20,000 bases of DNA from Seison nebaliae (Eukaryota), in the NCBI GenBank assembly GCA_023231475.1, contig JALJEE010002582.1, positions 45,081 to 65,080 of the forward strand. Reading direction: 5' to 3'. The translations under genes were made by a program, and so were the position numbers. Under the pieces are notes generated by a model that ran no database searches, was not told the DNA's origin, and saw nothing but the letters and a program-made list of their open reading frames with translations. Position 1 is the stretch's first letter. The number at the start of each line of letters is the position of its first letter. This document shows positions 10,827 through 19,905 of this stretch, piece by piece.

Positions 10827-13779
10827 TTAGAATACGGTACATTTATCGCCATGATTCATTAATGTTCCTTTGGAACAATTGAACACTTTCTGAAATTCCG
10901 GCATGTAGCTTAGGGCACCATTCGTTCTTTTTATATTTCATTTAATTAAAATTCAAGAAATAAAGAAAGAACCTCGTATCTAATTGATATTTTCCTCTCA
11001 ACGTTTGAGAATATTTATAAAAATCTAAAGCCGTAAAACAATTCGTCTAGAGAAGAAATAAGATTTCTAGTAATACGATTATTCAATAAAAAGACAACTT
11101 GAGCGAAAGCGAGAAAGAACACTTTATCATTATTATCAAATCCATTTAGTAACATATTCTTTTGATGTCTTGATTTCCACAACTGGTACGCCTATTTCGA
11201 AATGAATTATTATGTTTCTTTCTAGTAAAATAAAAAGAAGAGAAACTTCATAGGCGATAGCAACACCTCCAGTTTCTTTAATACTCTCTGGAGAGAATGT
11301 AGCACCGTGCATTTTTATCTAAATTATAAAAATTGTTTAAAAGAAAAAAATGAAAATTTTAAACATTTTTATCTTGTTTCTTCCCACTCACATAAACATT
11401 GAATGGTCCTATCGTTTTATTTTGATAAGCGTTGATCACACATTGTTTCTTCCCCACATATCTTTGTCTAGTGAAATTTGTCCAATAGTTAGCATGATTT
11501 CCAAAATATCTACCCATTCGATTATATTGACGTCCTTGTTTTATTAGAGAGAAAATATTTAAATATAAAAAAAGAAAAGCGAACCATATTCATCGATACC
11601 ACCCAACATCCGATAAGCGATAAGTGAACCCAAACTTCCATATTTTAAAGCTTGTGGCCAATCGGGATTAAAGAATTGTGGTTGAGCCATTCCGATTGAA
11701 ACGAGTAATTCATTTCCAGTTGTATAATATTGTGCTTTTGCATCAAATGCATTTATTCCAGACCAGTCATCTTTTTCTATTACCCCAATAATTAGACGTC
11801 CAACAAATAGATTTCTTTCCCATTGATTCCATCGAATAATCGTTTCGAAATATGTATTATGCATATCGAACTAAAGAAGATAATAATAATAAAAGAAAAG
11901 AAAAAAATAAAACTCTAGAATAATATTTGTCGATAGCCATATCTGATCCTAACATATTGTAATAACCGAGAGATAATTTCATATTATCTAATTTAGCGAA
12001 AGTGTATTGTTTTGTTTGGTCGTCCATCCAATCCCATTTTCTACTACGACGAAGTATCGCGTTCTTTAAATCGCTAACCATCTCCGAAATCTTTGGAATA
12101 TATAAGGAATGAAAGATTATGAGAGAATCATAAATTTCAAATTAAACATAATCCTTCGTAAATGGTTGAACAACTTTCGAAATGTACAATCGACTTAATG
12201 CGGTTGGCATATAAATTCTCATCTGACGGAAACATTCATCAGCTGTCGAGAGAAAACTTCGAGTACGCGATTTCTCACTACGATATTGTCGGTACAAATC
12301 CATATATTTCACGCCCATTTTATCCACATATCGGAAGACAAATTGCCAAATTAAATAATTGTGCAATTGTCTTGAAAATGAATTATAAAGAAATGAGAAA
12401 AAAAACTGACTGAAATTTGAAACCTTTTCGAGTTATCATCGCCAAACTTCTTTGTTTTGTAAAATCCCATAACCTGACTCAAATAATCTTTCTCGGACAA
12501 GAGAATAACAGTGTCATTGTGGAAATTGGCTTCTTTGAATAATTCTTTAAAGAATGAATTAAAATCGAACTAATCAATTTATACAATTATATAAAATGTA
12601 TAAATTATAATAAATATCAAAATTATTAATAACATCATCTCCTAATTGCGTTGTCAAATTTTTCAATGTAATCGACTTATCCTTTTGGTCACCTGGAACT
12701 GGTATTGTACCTCCAATCGTCTTAGAAATTCAGAAAATTATTAAAAATACAATATAAGAAATGTACTTTAGCAATTGCTGTCTCCATCAATAATATATCA
12801 TCGACGACTTGATCTCTTGTAGCATTGTTAATGGGAACACCAGTATCTTGCTGCATCATAGTCACCACACGACCTATGAAATTGCGCAAAGCTGGGATAC
12901 TCTAAATGATTAATTGATTTATGATGAATATGGATTATGAGAGAAAAACAATTGAACTTTGTTTTTACTAGGTGAATATAAATAATCAGAGAAAGACATA
13001 GATATACCTCCATAATCAATCTAAAAAAGTTTTAAAGAAATTTTTTGAAATTTTCATAAGAAATAACATCTAATAATTTCGATCGTTGATCTTGGGCAGA
13101 TATGCGAGTACTGAAAGTAAATAATACATCCGTCCAATAATCGATATGGAGCATTCGAACGACATTATCAAAATCATAATTGGCAAAATTCATGGTTGAT
13201 AAAGCATACCAGCCGCCCAATTTAGTAAAGATTTTTTGGATTTGAGGTATCGTATTTTTCGAATTACCAAAATCGTCAAGACATTTTCGATACATTAGCT
13301 AATGAGAATATCATATAATAGTGAAGAATTCGATACAATTCGAATGAAAATAATTAAAGAACTTTCAATTTTCTTTCATAGGATTCCGATGAATATCGAT
13401 CGATAGAATCTTGTAATAATCCTTCCATTTTTTGTCTTTCATTCGATCCGATCAAACTGAATTGATTATAATAATAAGAAGCACTTGGCACGTTGTGACT
13501 CTCTGTCCATTTCTGACAGGCATATTCATAAAAATTGTCACAAGGATATAATTTCTGATTCATATTGCTCAACAACTGATTTGCAGCGTTAGCACAACCT
13601 AAACTGCTACAAACTCCCACGTTACTTCGAGCAACGTCAGTTGGTGAAGAATTGGAATTCGAAGACGATCCATTTCCTGCAGTTAACCATGCGACTAATG
13701 CAAGAATGGCAAATAGAATTGTTGTTGCAGTGAGAGCAGCTATCGTTTGCAATTTCCGTTTATCGTTAAGTTCTACCAT
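10827..13779 (-). CDS. Neprilysin/endothelin-converting-enzyme-like type II membrane protein (peptidase M13), predicted catalytically inactive, ~757 aa, 14 exons; introns 13299-13362, 13021-13067, 12902-12957, 12721-12766, 12570-12633, 12371-12423, 12091-12147, 11871-11913, 11535-11584, 11319-11364 (donor ambiguous), 11192-11246, 11047-11098, 10927-10972
   Basis: N-terminal hydrophobic anchor (TIAALTATTILFAILALVAWLTA) and Ser-rich stalk. M13 motifs: CSSLGC, PCDNFYEYAC, LGGW, HNYLIW, WMDDQTK, INAF, QPQFF, YGSLG, FFLAFAQ, EFQKVFNC and terminal CTVF. All 13 junctions keep frame (2274 nt). Confidence 0.92.
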
Positions 13780-13874
13780 TTCTTCTTGGCTATAAAGTAA
13801 ACATGAAAAATGTGATTATTACTCGTTACCGAATATTAAGATAATTAAAAAAGAAGTTGACGAAAAAATGAGGA

Positions 13875-13880
13875 TTTATT
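13875..13880 (-). promoter_or_regulatory. Candidate polyadenylation signal AATAAA of NOL9
   Basis: AATAAA on the minus strand ~60 nt after the stop, followed by U-rich sequence. Confidence 0.5.
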
Positions 13881-13938
13881 ATTACTACAAATATAAGAAA
13901 TAGTTGATGAAAAGATAAACAAAAGAATAGAAATTTTT

Positions 13939-15975
13939 TCAATTAGAAGTTGATTGTTTATTCAAATAAGATTCGCGCTCACGTCGTTTGAATGGCGTCT
14001 GTCCAAATATATGGAAATTATCATTCTCCATTGTCGTATTAGCCGATTGGGAGATGGTTTGGAAATTTCGGGTGAAACGGTCATAGACGAATAAATCCAA
14101 ATCAGGAAGAATAATACAATTGACTGAATCAATTTCAATCGGTTGTGTAGAATAAAAATTAATAAAATTATCATCAGAAATCTCATCAAAAATCGCTAAA
14201 GATTGGAAGTGAAATCTTTTTGGAAATTGTAAAGAAATCTTACAAAATCCATTTAAATGTAGAATTGATGAATTTCCATTTCCATTTTCATGTGATGCTG
14301 ATGCTAGAACAATGATATGTTGTTTCCAATGACTAAAATAATTTTCGATTGTACAAGTTGTCTGAGTTGTTTGTAAGAATTCCGTTCCGATCACGATATT
14401 CAAATCAGTGATATCGAGATAAAATAGAATTTTATTTAAATTTAATCGACATCTCTTTCCATTATCATAAGAGAGTGACGGTGGAATTTGTGAGTTAAAT
14501 TTCAAGACATTCGAGAAACTTATCAAATTATTGATCAATCTCATCGATTTAGGATTTTTTAGTAATCGGTTTTGTGGAGTGATTAAATCATTATTCGATT
14601 TATTATATTGGTTGATAATTTGATGAAAATGAGTGGAGACCAATAATTGATAATTCATTCGTTGATAAAAGGTCAAACGACTGATAATATAATTGATTGA
14701 TGGATTTTGACATAAGACATCCAATTTAGATTTTCCCATTATCATCATAAATTCTGCATTGAGTAAATCATTATAAAATTTCTCATTCCGTCGAACTGAT
14801 TCACAATAAATGATTTGATTACATTGTGTGAGAAATATGAGAATTTGAATAATATTCAATCCGAAATGATGAATGAATCCCATCGTATTGATGAGAAGTA
14901 TAGATCGTTCCGTTTGGTTATTCGATTTATATTGACGTCGATTGAATTCAGATATTAAATTTATTAAAATTCTCATGTAAATGTTATAACTGGAATGTGA
15001 AACGGATTTATAACCATAATATTTTGAAGAAATATTAAATTTGTAATCCGATTCTTCTTTCTCATCCAATTCATTCATAATATGTAACCAAGAACTGGAA
15101 TGAATACAATTAATGGATTGAAATGATAAATTCTTTGAATTCTCTTCTTTAGAACGTTGACAATGAATTAATGATAAGAAACCAGATGCTGTAAATTCTG
15201 GTTGTCCAACATCGCAATCCAAGAATGATAAATTGTATTTTGATTGATGTGTCAACAAATAATTCCATGTGTATCTCAATCTGGTCGACTTTCCTGTATG
15301 TCGATCGCCAACAAATAAAAGAGTTGACGGGAAATGATCACGATTATTAATTCCATCAGTTAAATTCAATAAATATTCATAAAACGATTCCTCAAATATC
15401 TGACACATATTCAATTCAATTTCAGGAGATATTCCCTCAACTTCATTATCGTTTTCTGGAAATAGTGATGGTAACATTGGATTATTCAAATAGAAATCTC
15501 TCAATTTTCCAAAAGTGAATGTTCCGTTATGTTTCTCTAATTTTCTTGTACGAAAAATAGAGATGAATTTGCAGTGAGAATTTTTTACATAAAATTGATC
15601 GATAATTCCCGATACTTCTATGGCAGTTCGATTTAAATAGTTGGAAATTGATGAAAGAAATTGTTTATGTTGTTTTACTTTTATTCCAGTTCTAAATGCG
15701 ATCGGAATCGCCATCATATTCTCCAATGAAATAAATGGAGTCCACTTTTCATTTTCTACGAAAATTCCTCCATTCACCACAATTTCACCACAAATCACAT
15801 TGAACTCAAATACTCCATGAGCATAAATCGCTTCAAATTCATTTTGACGATGTCCAACAAAAACAACATCATTTGAATTTCCCGATACTTTATTTTTGAT
15901 AATAATCGATCGAATTTGAGATTTAGGAATTGGAGAAATCCATGACAAAGTTTTCATTGAATCTGACTCCGACAT
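13939..15975 (-). CDS. NOL9: Polynucleotide 5'-hydroxyl kinase NOL9/Grc3 (Clp1 family), 678 aa, intronless
   Basis: P-loop GDRHTGKST, FLDCDVGQPEF (cf. DxDxGQxEF) and LINTMGF (cf. NTxGW). The length and long N-terminal extension fit NOL9/Grc3 better than Clp1. Confidence 0.85.
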   Translation of the reverse strand: MSESDSMKTLSWISPIPKSQIRSIIIKNKVSGNSNDVVFVGHRQNEFEAIYAHGVFEFNVICGEIVVNGGIFVENEKWTPFISLENMMAIPIAFRTGIKVKQHKQFLSSISNYLNRTAIEVSGIIDQFYVKNSHCKFISIFRTRKLEKHNGTFTFGKLRDFYLNNPMLPSLFPENDNEVEGISPEIELNMCQIFEESFYEYLLNLTDGINNRDHFPSTLLFVGDRHTGKSTRLRYTWNYLLTHQSKYNLSFLDCDVGQPEFTASGFLSLIHCQRSKEENSKNLSFQSINCIHSSSWLHIMNELDEKEESDYKFNISSKYYGYKSVSHSSYNIYMRILINLISEFNRRQYKSNNQTERSILLINTMGFIHHFGLNIIQILIFLTQCNQIIYCESVRRNEKFYNDLLNAEFMMIMGKSKLDVLCQNPSINYIISRLTFYQRMNYQLLVSTHFHQIINQYNKSNNDLITPQNRLLKNPKSMRLINNLISFSNVLKFNSQIPPSLSYDNGKRCRLNLNKILFYLDITDLNIVIGTEFLQTTQTTCTIENYFSHWKQHIIVLASASHENGNGNSSILHLNGFCKISLQFPKRFHFQSLAIFDEISDDNFINFYSTQPIEIDSVNCIILPDLDLFVYDRFTRNFQTISQSANTTMENDNFHIFGQTPFKRRERESYLNKQSTSN

Positions 15976-16606
15976 CTTCTTTCTATTCTTCTAATAAACA
16001 AACCTCATCAATTTACAAAAAAAAACAAGATAATGCTGCAAATTCCACGTTTATTTACCCGCTCAAAATTTAAATTAAATATTTTTGTAACAAACTTAAT
16101 GAAAAACATTTTAATTAATTCATTCATTTAATTATGTTTAATTATTCGTTATTAATCGATTAACACATTTAATTTCCCTGGAAACTCAACAAGTGAAATC
16201 CTCCTATAAATTCTCAAGTTTTTCCGAAAACGTTTTTGAAGATTTGAGCAAAAATATAATTTAATTATCGCTAAACAATTTAGGAAACAAGAATATTAAT
16301 TAATTAATTTATTTATTTATTAATATACAATTTTTTAAAAATTATATTTCTAACATACTTGGAAATAAAAATAAAAATTTTTGATAATTCATCAAAAATA
16401 AATTGAAGAAAAATATATATTGCAGTTCATCGATTAATTAGTGGAGTGAAGAATCTTCGTATTTACTATCTACGTATATTTAAAAAAAAATCATATTCGT
16501 ATTATTAATTGGGATAAAATTGAAAGGAGAAATGTGAACCTCAATATTTTTCAATTTATAGAACAATTGAATTTGGTTTATCACAATTATTGGTCGAAAT
16601 TTCATT

Positions 16607-17404
16607 ATGTCTAATTTCAAAACATTTATACTTCTCTCATTTTTACTTCATAAAGTTTGGGAAGTAGAAAATTCGAACTGCGGGAAGACTGTTGGAGGTC
16701 GAATTGTTAACGGTTATGAAACAAAGACCTATTATCCATTCATGGTTGCTATAATGGTGAATAATCAACAAGTGTGTGCCGGTAGCATTATTTCTGAAAG
16801 AACTGTAATGACTGCCGCTCATTGCGTACGAGGTTTCCAAGCATCCCAAATGCAGATTATCACTGGGACGAATAATCTTGTACCACCATTTCCAAAAAAT
16901 TCGCGAAGAATTAAAGTAGCGTGGACAAAATATCATCCCAATTACGCTCCAAATATTCAACATAACGATATAGCTGTCATTCGATTGCAATGCGCAGTAC
17001 CATTTACAGGTCCGAATCAAATAGGAGATATAGTTCCTGCATGCTTACCTCCAGCAGGAACAGAATTCACAGGTCGTTCCAATTGTATTTTGATTGGTTG
17101 GGGACAATTGTCGAAATATGGACAATCCGTACCCAGATTAAGGGAAGTTAAATTACCTATTCAAACTCCTTACACATGCACTAAAAAATATGGTGGTTCT
17201 TTTGTTCCAAAGACAATGATTTGTGCCGGTGATCAATCTGCAAGTGGTTGTCATGGCGATTCGGGTGGACCAGTAATATGTACACAAGGGTCGACTAATT
17301 ATGTGGCGGGTGTTGTGTCTCACGGAGATAATTATTCCTGTAAAGTAAACGGAGTATACACAAAAGTCAATGCATTCTTATCATGGTTAGGAAAGTATAA
17401 ATAA
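16607..17404 (+). CDS. Secreted S1A (chymotrypsin-fold) serine protease 1, 265 aa, intronless
   Basis: Signal-like N-terminus, propeptide CG...R|IVNG, and intact triad motifs TAAHC / NDIAV / GDSGGP. Confidence 0.95.
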   Translation: MSNFKTFILLSFLLHKVWEVENSNCGKTVGGRIVNGYETKTYYPFMVAIMVNNQQVCAGSIISERTVMTAAHCVRGFQASQMQIITGTNNLVPPFPKNSRRIKVAWTKYHPNYAPNIQHNDIAVIRLQCAVPFTGPNQIGDIVPACLPPAGTEFTGRSNCILIGWGQLSKYGQSVPRLREVKLPIQTPYTCTKKYGGSFVPKTMICAGDQSASGCHGDSGGPVICTQGSTNYVAGVVSHGDNYSCKVNGVYTKVNAFLSWLGKYK

Positions 17405-17552
17405 AATTATTCAATACAATTAAACATCAAATAACGAAATTAGCGAAAATTGAATAAGTATTTATACGAACGAAATTTGTAGTATAAAGATAATGTATTA
17501 GTTTTTATATAAAGCATTTTCGAACAATTAGAATATAAACTGAAAATATCAA

Positions 17553-18341
17553 ATGAACATTCAAATTCCATTTATCATATTATTCCTTCTTTTTCATCGA
17601 TCTGAAAGCAACCAATGTGGTAAAGTATTATCTTCGCGCGTCGTTAAAGGCTATGAAAGTAAAAATTATTATCCTTTTATGGTAGCATTGACAGTTAATG
17701 GTGGATTGACTTGTGGTGGTAGTCTTATTAGTGAAAGAACAGTATTGACAGCTGCCCATTGTGTTTATGGTATGAATGCAAGGATGTTCCAGGTCGTAAC
17801 CGGCACAAATGACCTTCGTAATAGAGGTAAAAACTCTCGTTTAGTGGGAGTTGCTTGGTTTAAATATCACGAATCTTTTGATCATGAAATGCTAACCTAT
17901 GATATAGCAGTAATGAGATTAAAATGTTCAGTACCATTTACAGATCCTAAGCAGCCCGGAGATTTGATGCCAGCTTGCCTTACACCCGTGGGAAAAGAGT
18001 TCGTTGGCAGCCAAAACTGTCGCTTGATTGGTTGGGGTAAAACATCTACGTACGCTTCAACCGTCACTAAATTAAGGGAAGTTAGTTTACCGATTAACAG
18101 TGCGTATACATGTCAGCTGCTTTATGGAAATACTTTTAATGGGCAGAAGCAAATTTGTGGTGGGGTAAAACATGGAGTCACTAGCTGCAATGGAGATTCC
18201 GGTGGACCTCTATTGTGTAAGGAAGGCACCACAACTTATTTAGCGGGACTCGTATCATATGGAACAAGATTAGGTTGCATTTATCCTGGTGCTTTTACCA
18301 AAGTGAATGCATATCTTTCCTGGATAAACAAATATAAGTAA
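17553..18341 (+). CDS. Secreted S1A serine protease 2, 262 aa, intronless
   Basis: Signal peptide, CG...R|VVKG, TAAHC / YDIAV / GDSGGP. Collinear paralogue of its neighbours (same KYK* end). Confidence 0.95.
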   Translation: MNIQIPFIILFLLFHRSESNQCGKVLSSRVVKGYESKNYYPFMVALTVNGGLTCGGSLISERTVLTAAHCVYGMNARMFQVVTGTNDLRNRGKNSRLVGVAWFKYHESFDHEMLTYDIAVMRLKCSVPFTDPKQPGDLMPACLTPVGKEFVGSQNCRLIGWGKTSTYASTVTKLREVSLPINSAYTCQLLYGNTFNGQKQICGGVKHGVTSCNGDSGGPLLCKEGTTTYLAGLVSYGTRLGCIYPGAFTKVNAYLSWINKYK

Positions 18342-18668
18342 ATGATTCATATTGAATTTTATCATGTTAATTTGATTCTTATAAAACTGAAATTATAGAA
18401 ATTAACACGAACGACATCTAACTTGCTCTATAGAATACAATCATTCCATAGAACAGAGACCGACTGTTTCTTTTAATATTGTCAACTAATTTAGTAAATT
18501 AAAAATTTTATATATGACGACACTTATTTTAGGAGCAACCAATTCCTCTACAAAGCGAACTACGTATAATTATTTTATGTTCAATTACTTCAATTGTTAA
18601 AGATATGTTCAATTGTTCTACCGTGCATAAGGAATCGAATTATTCACTTTTTGTCTAATGATCCTACA

Positions 18669-19457
18669 ATGAAATTTTCATTTATTTCTCTCATAATCAT
18701 TAGTTGTTTAAGAATTGCTTATGGAACTGCGTGTGGCGAAGTGATTAATGGTAGAATCGTGAATGGATATCAAACTAAAAAAATTTATCCTTGGATGGTT
18801 GCAATATTTGTAAATGGACAAATATTCTGCGGTGGTACTCTTTTCAACGAACGAACTGTGTTAACGGCGGGGCATTGTGTTAAAGAAATGTATGGAGCTA
18901 GTGCATATAGTGTTCTTACAGGAACCAATTGGATATATGATAAAACTCGGAAGAATATTAGAAGAATTGGAGTACAATGGATGAAACAACATGAAAATTT
19001 TGGTAATTATCATAATGATATTGGAATACTTCGATTGAAATGTTCAGTTCCGTTTACTAGCTCACCGAAGCAAGCTGGAGATTTGATGCCTCCATGTATT
19101 CCAAGTAAGGCCAGCGATTATTCAAACCATAAAAATTGTTACGTTATTGGATGGGGTCAAGTAGCGAAGAATGGTTTCCCTATGGCTCACTTGAGAGAAG
19201 TCAAACTCCCAATGAAAACTAATTATATGTGTAAAAGTAAATATCATCAGCAATATGATGAACATCAAATGGTTTGTGGTGGTGATTCAACGGGAGCCTC
19301 TTGTCATGGGGATTCGGGTGGCCCCTTAATGTGTCTAAGTGGAAGTCTTATGTATCAAGTAGGAATAGTTTCTAGAGGTAGCTTAACTACTTGTAAAGAC
19401 CTCACAGTTTTTACCAGAGTCAGTGCATTTCTTAGTTGGATAAATAAATATAAATGA
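18669..19457 (+). CDS. Secreted S1A serine protease 3, 262 aa, intronless (ATG start at 18669, not the TTG at 18594)
   Basis: MKFSFISLIIISCLRIAYG signal peptide, CG...R|IVNG, TAGHC / NDIGI / GDSGGP. The length from this ATG matches the two paralogues. Confidence 0.93.
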   Translation: MKFSFISLIIISCLRIAYGTACGEVINGRIVNGYQTKKIYPWMVAIFVNGQIFCGGTLFNERTVLTAGHCVKEMYGASAYSVLTGTNWIYDKTRKNIRRIGVQWMKQHENFGNYHNDIGILRLKCSVPFTSSPKQAGDLMPPCIPSKASDYSNHKNCYVIGWGQVAKNGFPMAHLREVKLPMKTNYMCKSKYHQQYDEHQMVCGGDSTGASCHGDSGGPLMCLSGSLMYQVGIVSRGSLTTCKDLTVFTRVSAFLSWINKYK

Positions 19458-19816
19458 ATACAATTAGTAAAATTTCCGAATAAACTTTGCCTTCTTTTCC
19501 TTTCTTTTCAAACAGAGGATTTATAAAAGTATCGAACAAAACATTTCATCTCCAAAATTTACACCTACAACCAAATCATAAGTGCAAATTTTGAATCTGG
19601 GTATCGAAGGCACCCTTTTATATTTTTTTCTAAACATTGGAAAATTCGTACCCGAAAATATCCTTTTTTATATAAAATTTTAGAGTTTATTCTATTGAGT
19701 GAGAGAGTAAAAGTATATAAACCAATATATAAAAAGATTACCTTCGAATACGAATTTTTCAATTTTGACAAAAAAGTATAATAAGGCGCCTTCAAACCCG
19801 ACAACCCAAATTATAA

Positions 19817-19821
<5 letters not shown>

Positions 19822-19848
<27 letters not shown>
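19822..19848. repeat. T27 homopolymer (poly(A) on minus strand)
   Basis: 27 consecutive T counted directly. Confidence 0.95.
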
Positions 19849-19884
19849 GCAAAACCCCACGGGGTAAATTAAAAAGAAAAAAAG

Positions 19885-19905
19885 ATAACTCCTTAAAGGA
19901 GTTAT
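19885..19905. repeat. Perfect 10-bp inverted repeat ATAACTCCTT-A-AAGGAGTTAT
   Basis: Arms are exact reverse complements with a 1-nt spacer. Confidence 0.9.

Noticed and set aside
11365..11397. Canonical GTGAGT donor at 11391 (and GTTTAT at 11397) for M13 intron 10
   Set aside because: All three donors are in frame. 11364 was chosen because it gives a typical 46-nt intron, but this is unresolved and counted as ambiguous.
11350..17020. Small ORFs 11350-11547, 12162-12413, 12828-13019, 13962-14189, 16643-17020
   Set aside because: Shadows overlapping M13, NOL9 or protease exons in other frames or strands.
18594..18668. 25-aa N-terminal extension of protease 3 from a TTG start
   Set aside because: Eukaryotic gene; ATG 18669 gives a proper signal peptide and paralogue-matched length.
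5516..19457. Alternative genetic code or stop-codon readthrough
   Set aside because: All seven genes translate cleanly in the standard code once introns are removed, ending in TAA or TGA.
19565..19804. 79-aa minus-strand ORF
   Set aside because: Non-ATG start, homopolymer-rich, no recognisable domain.
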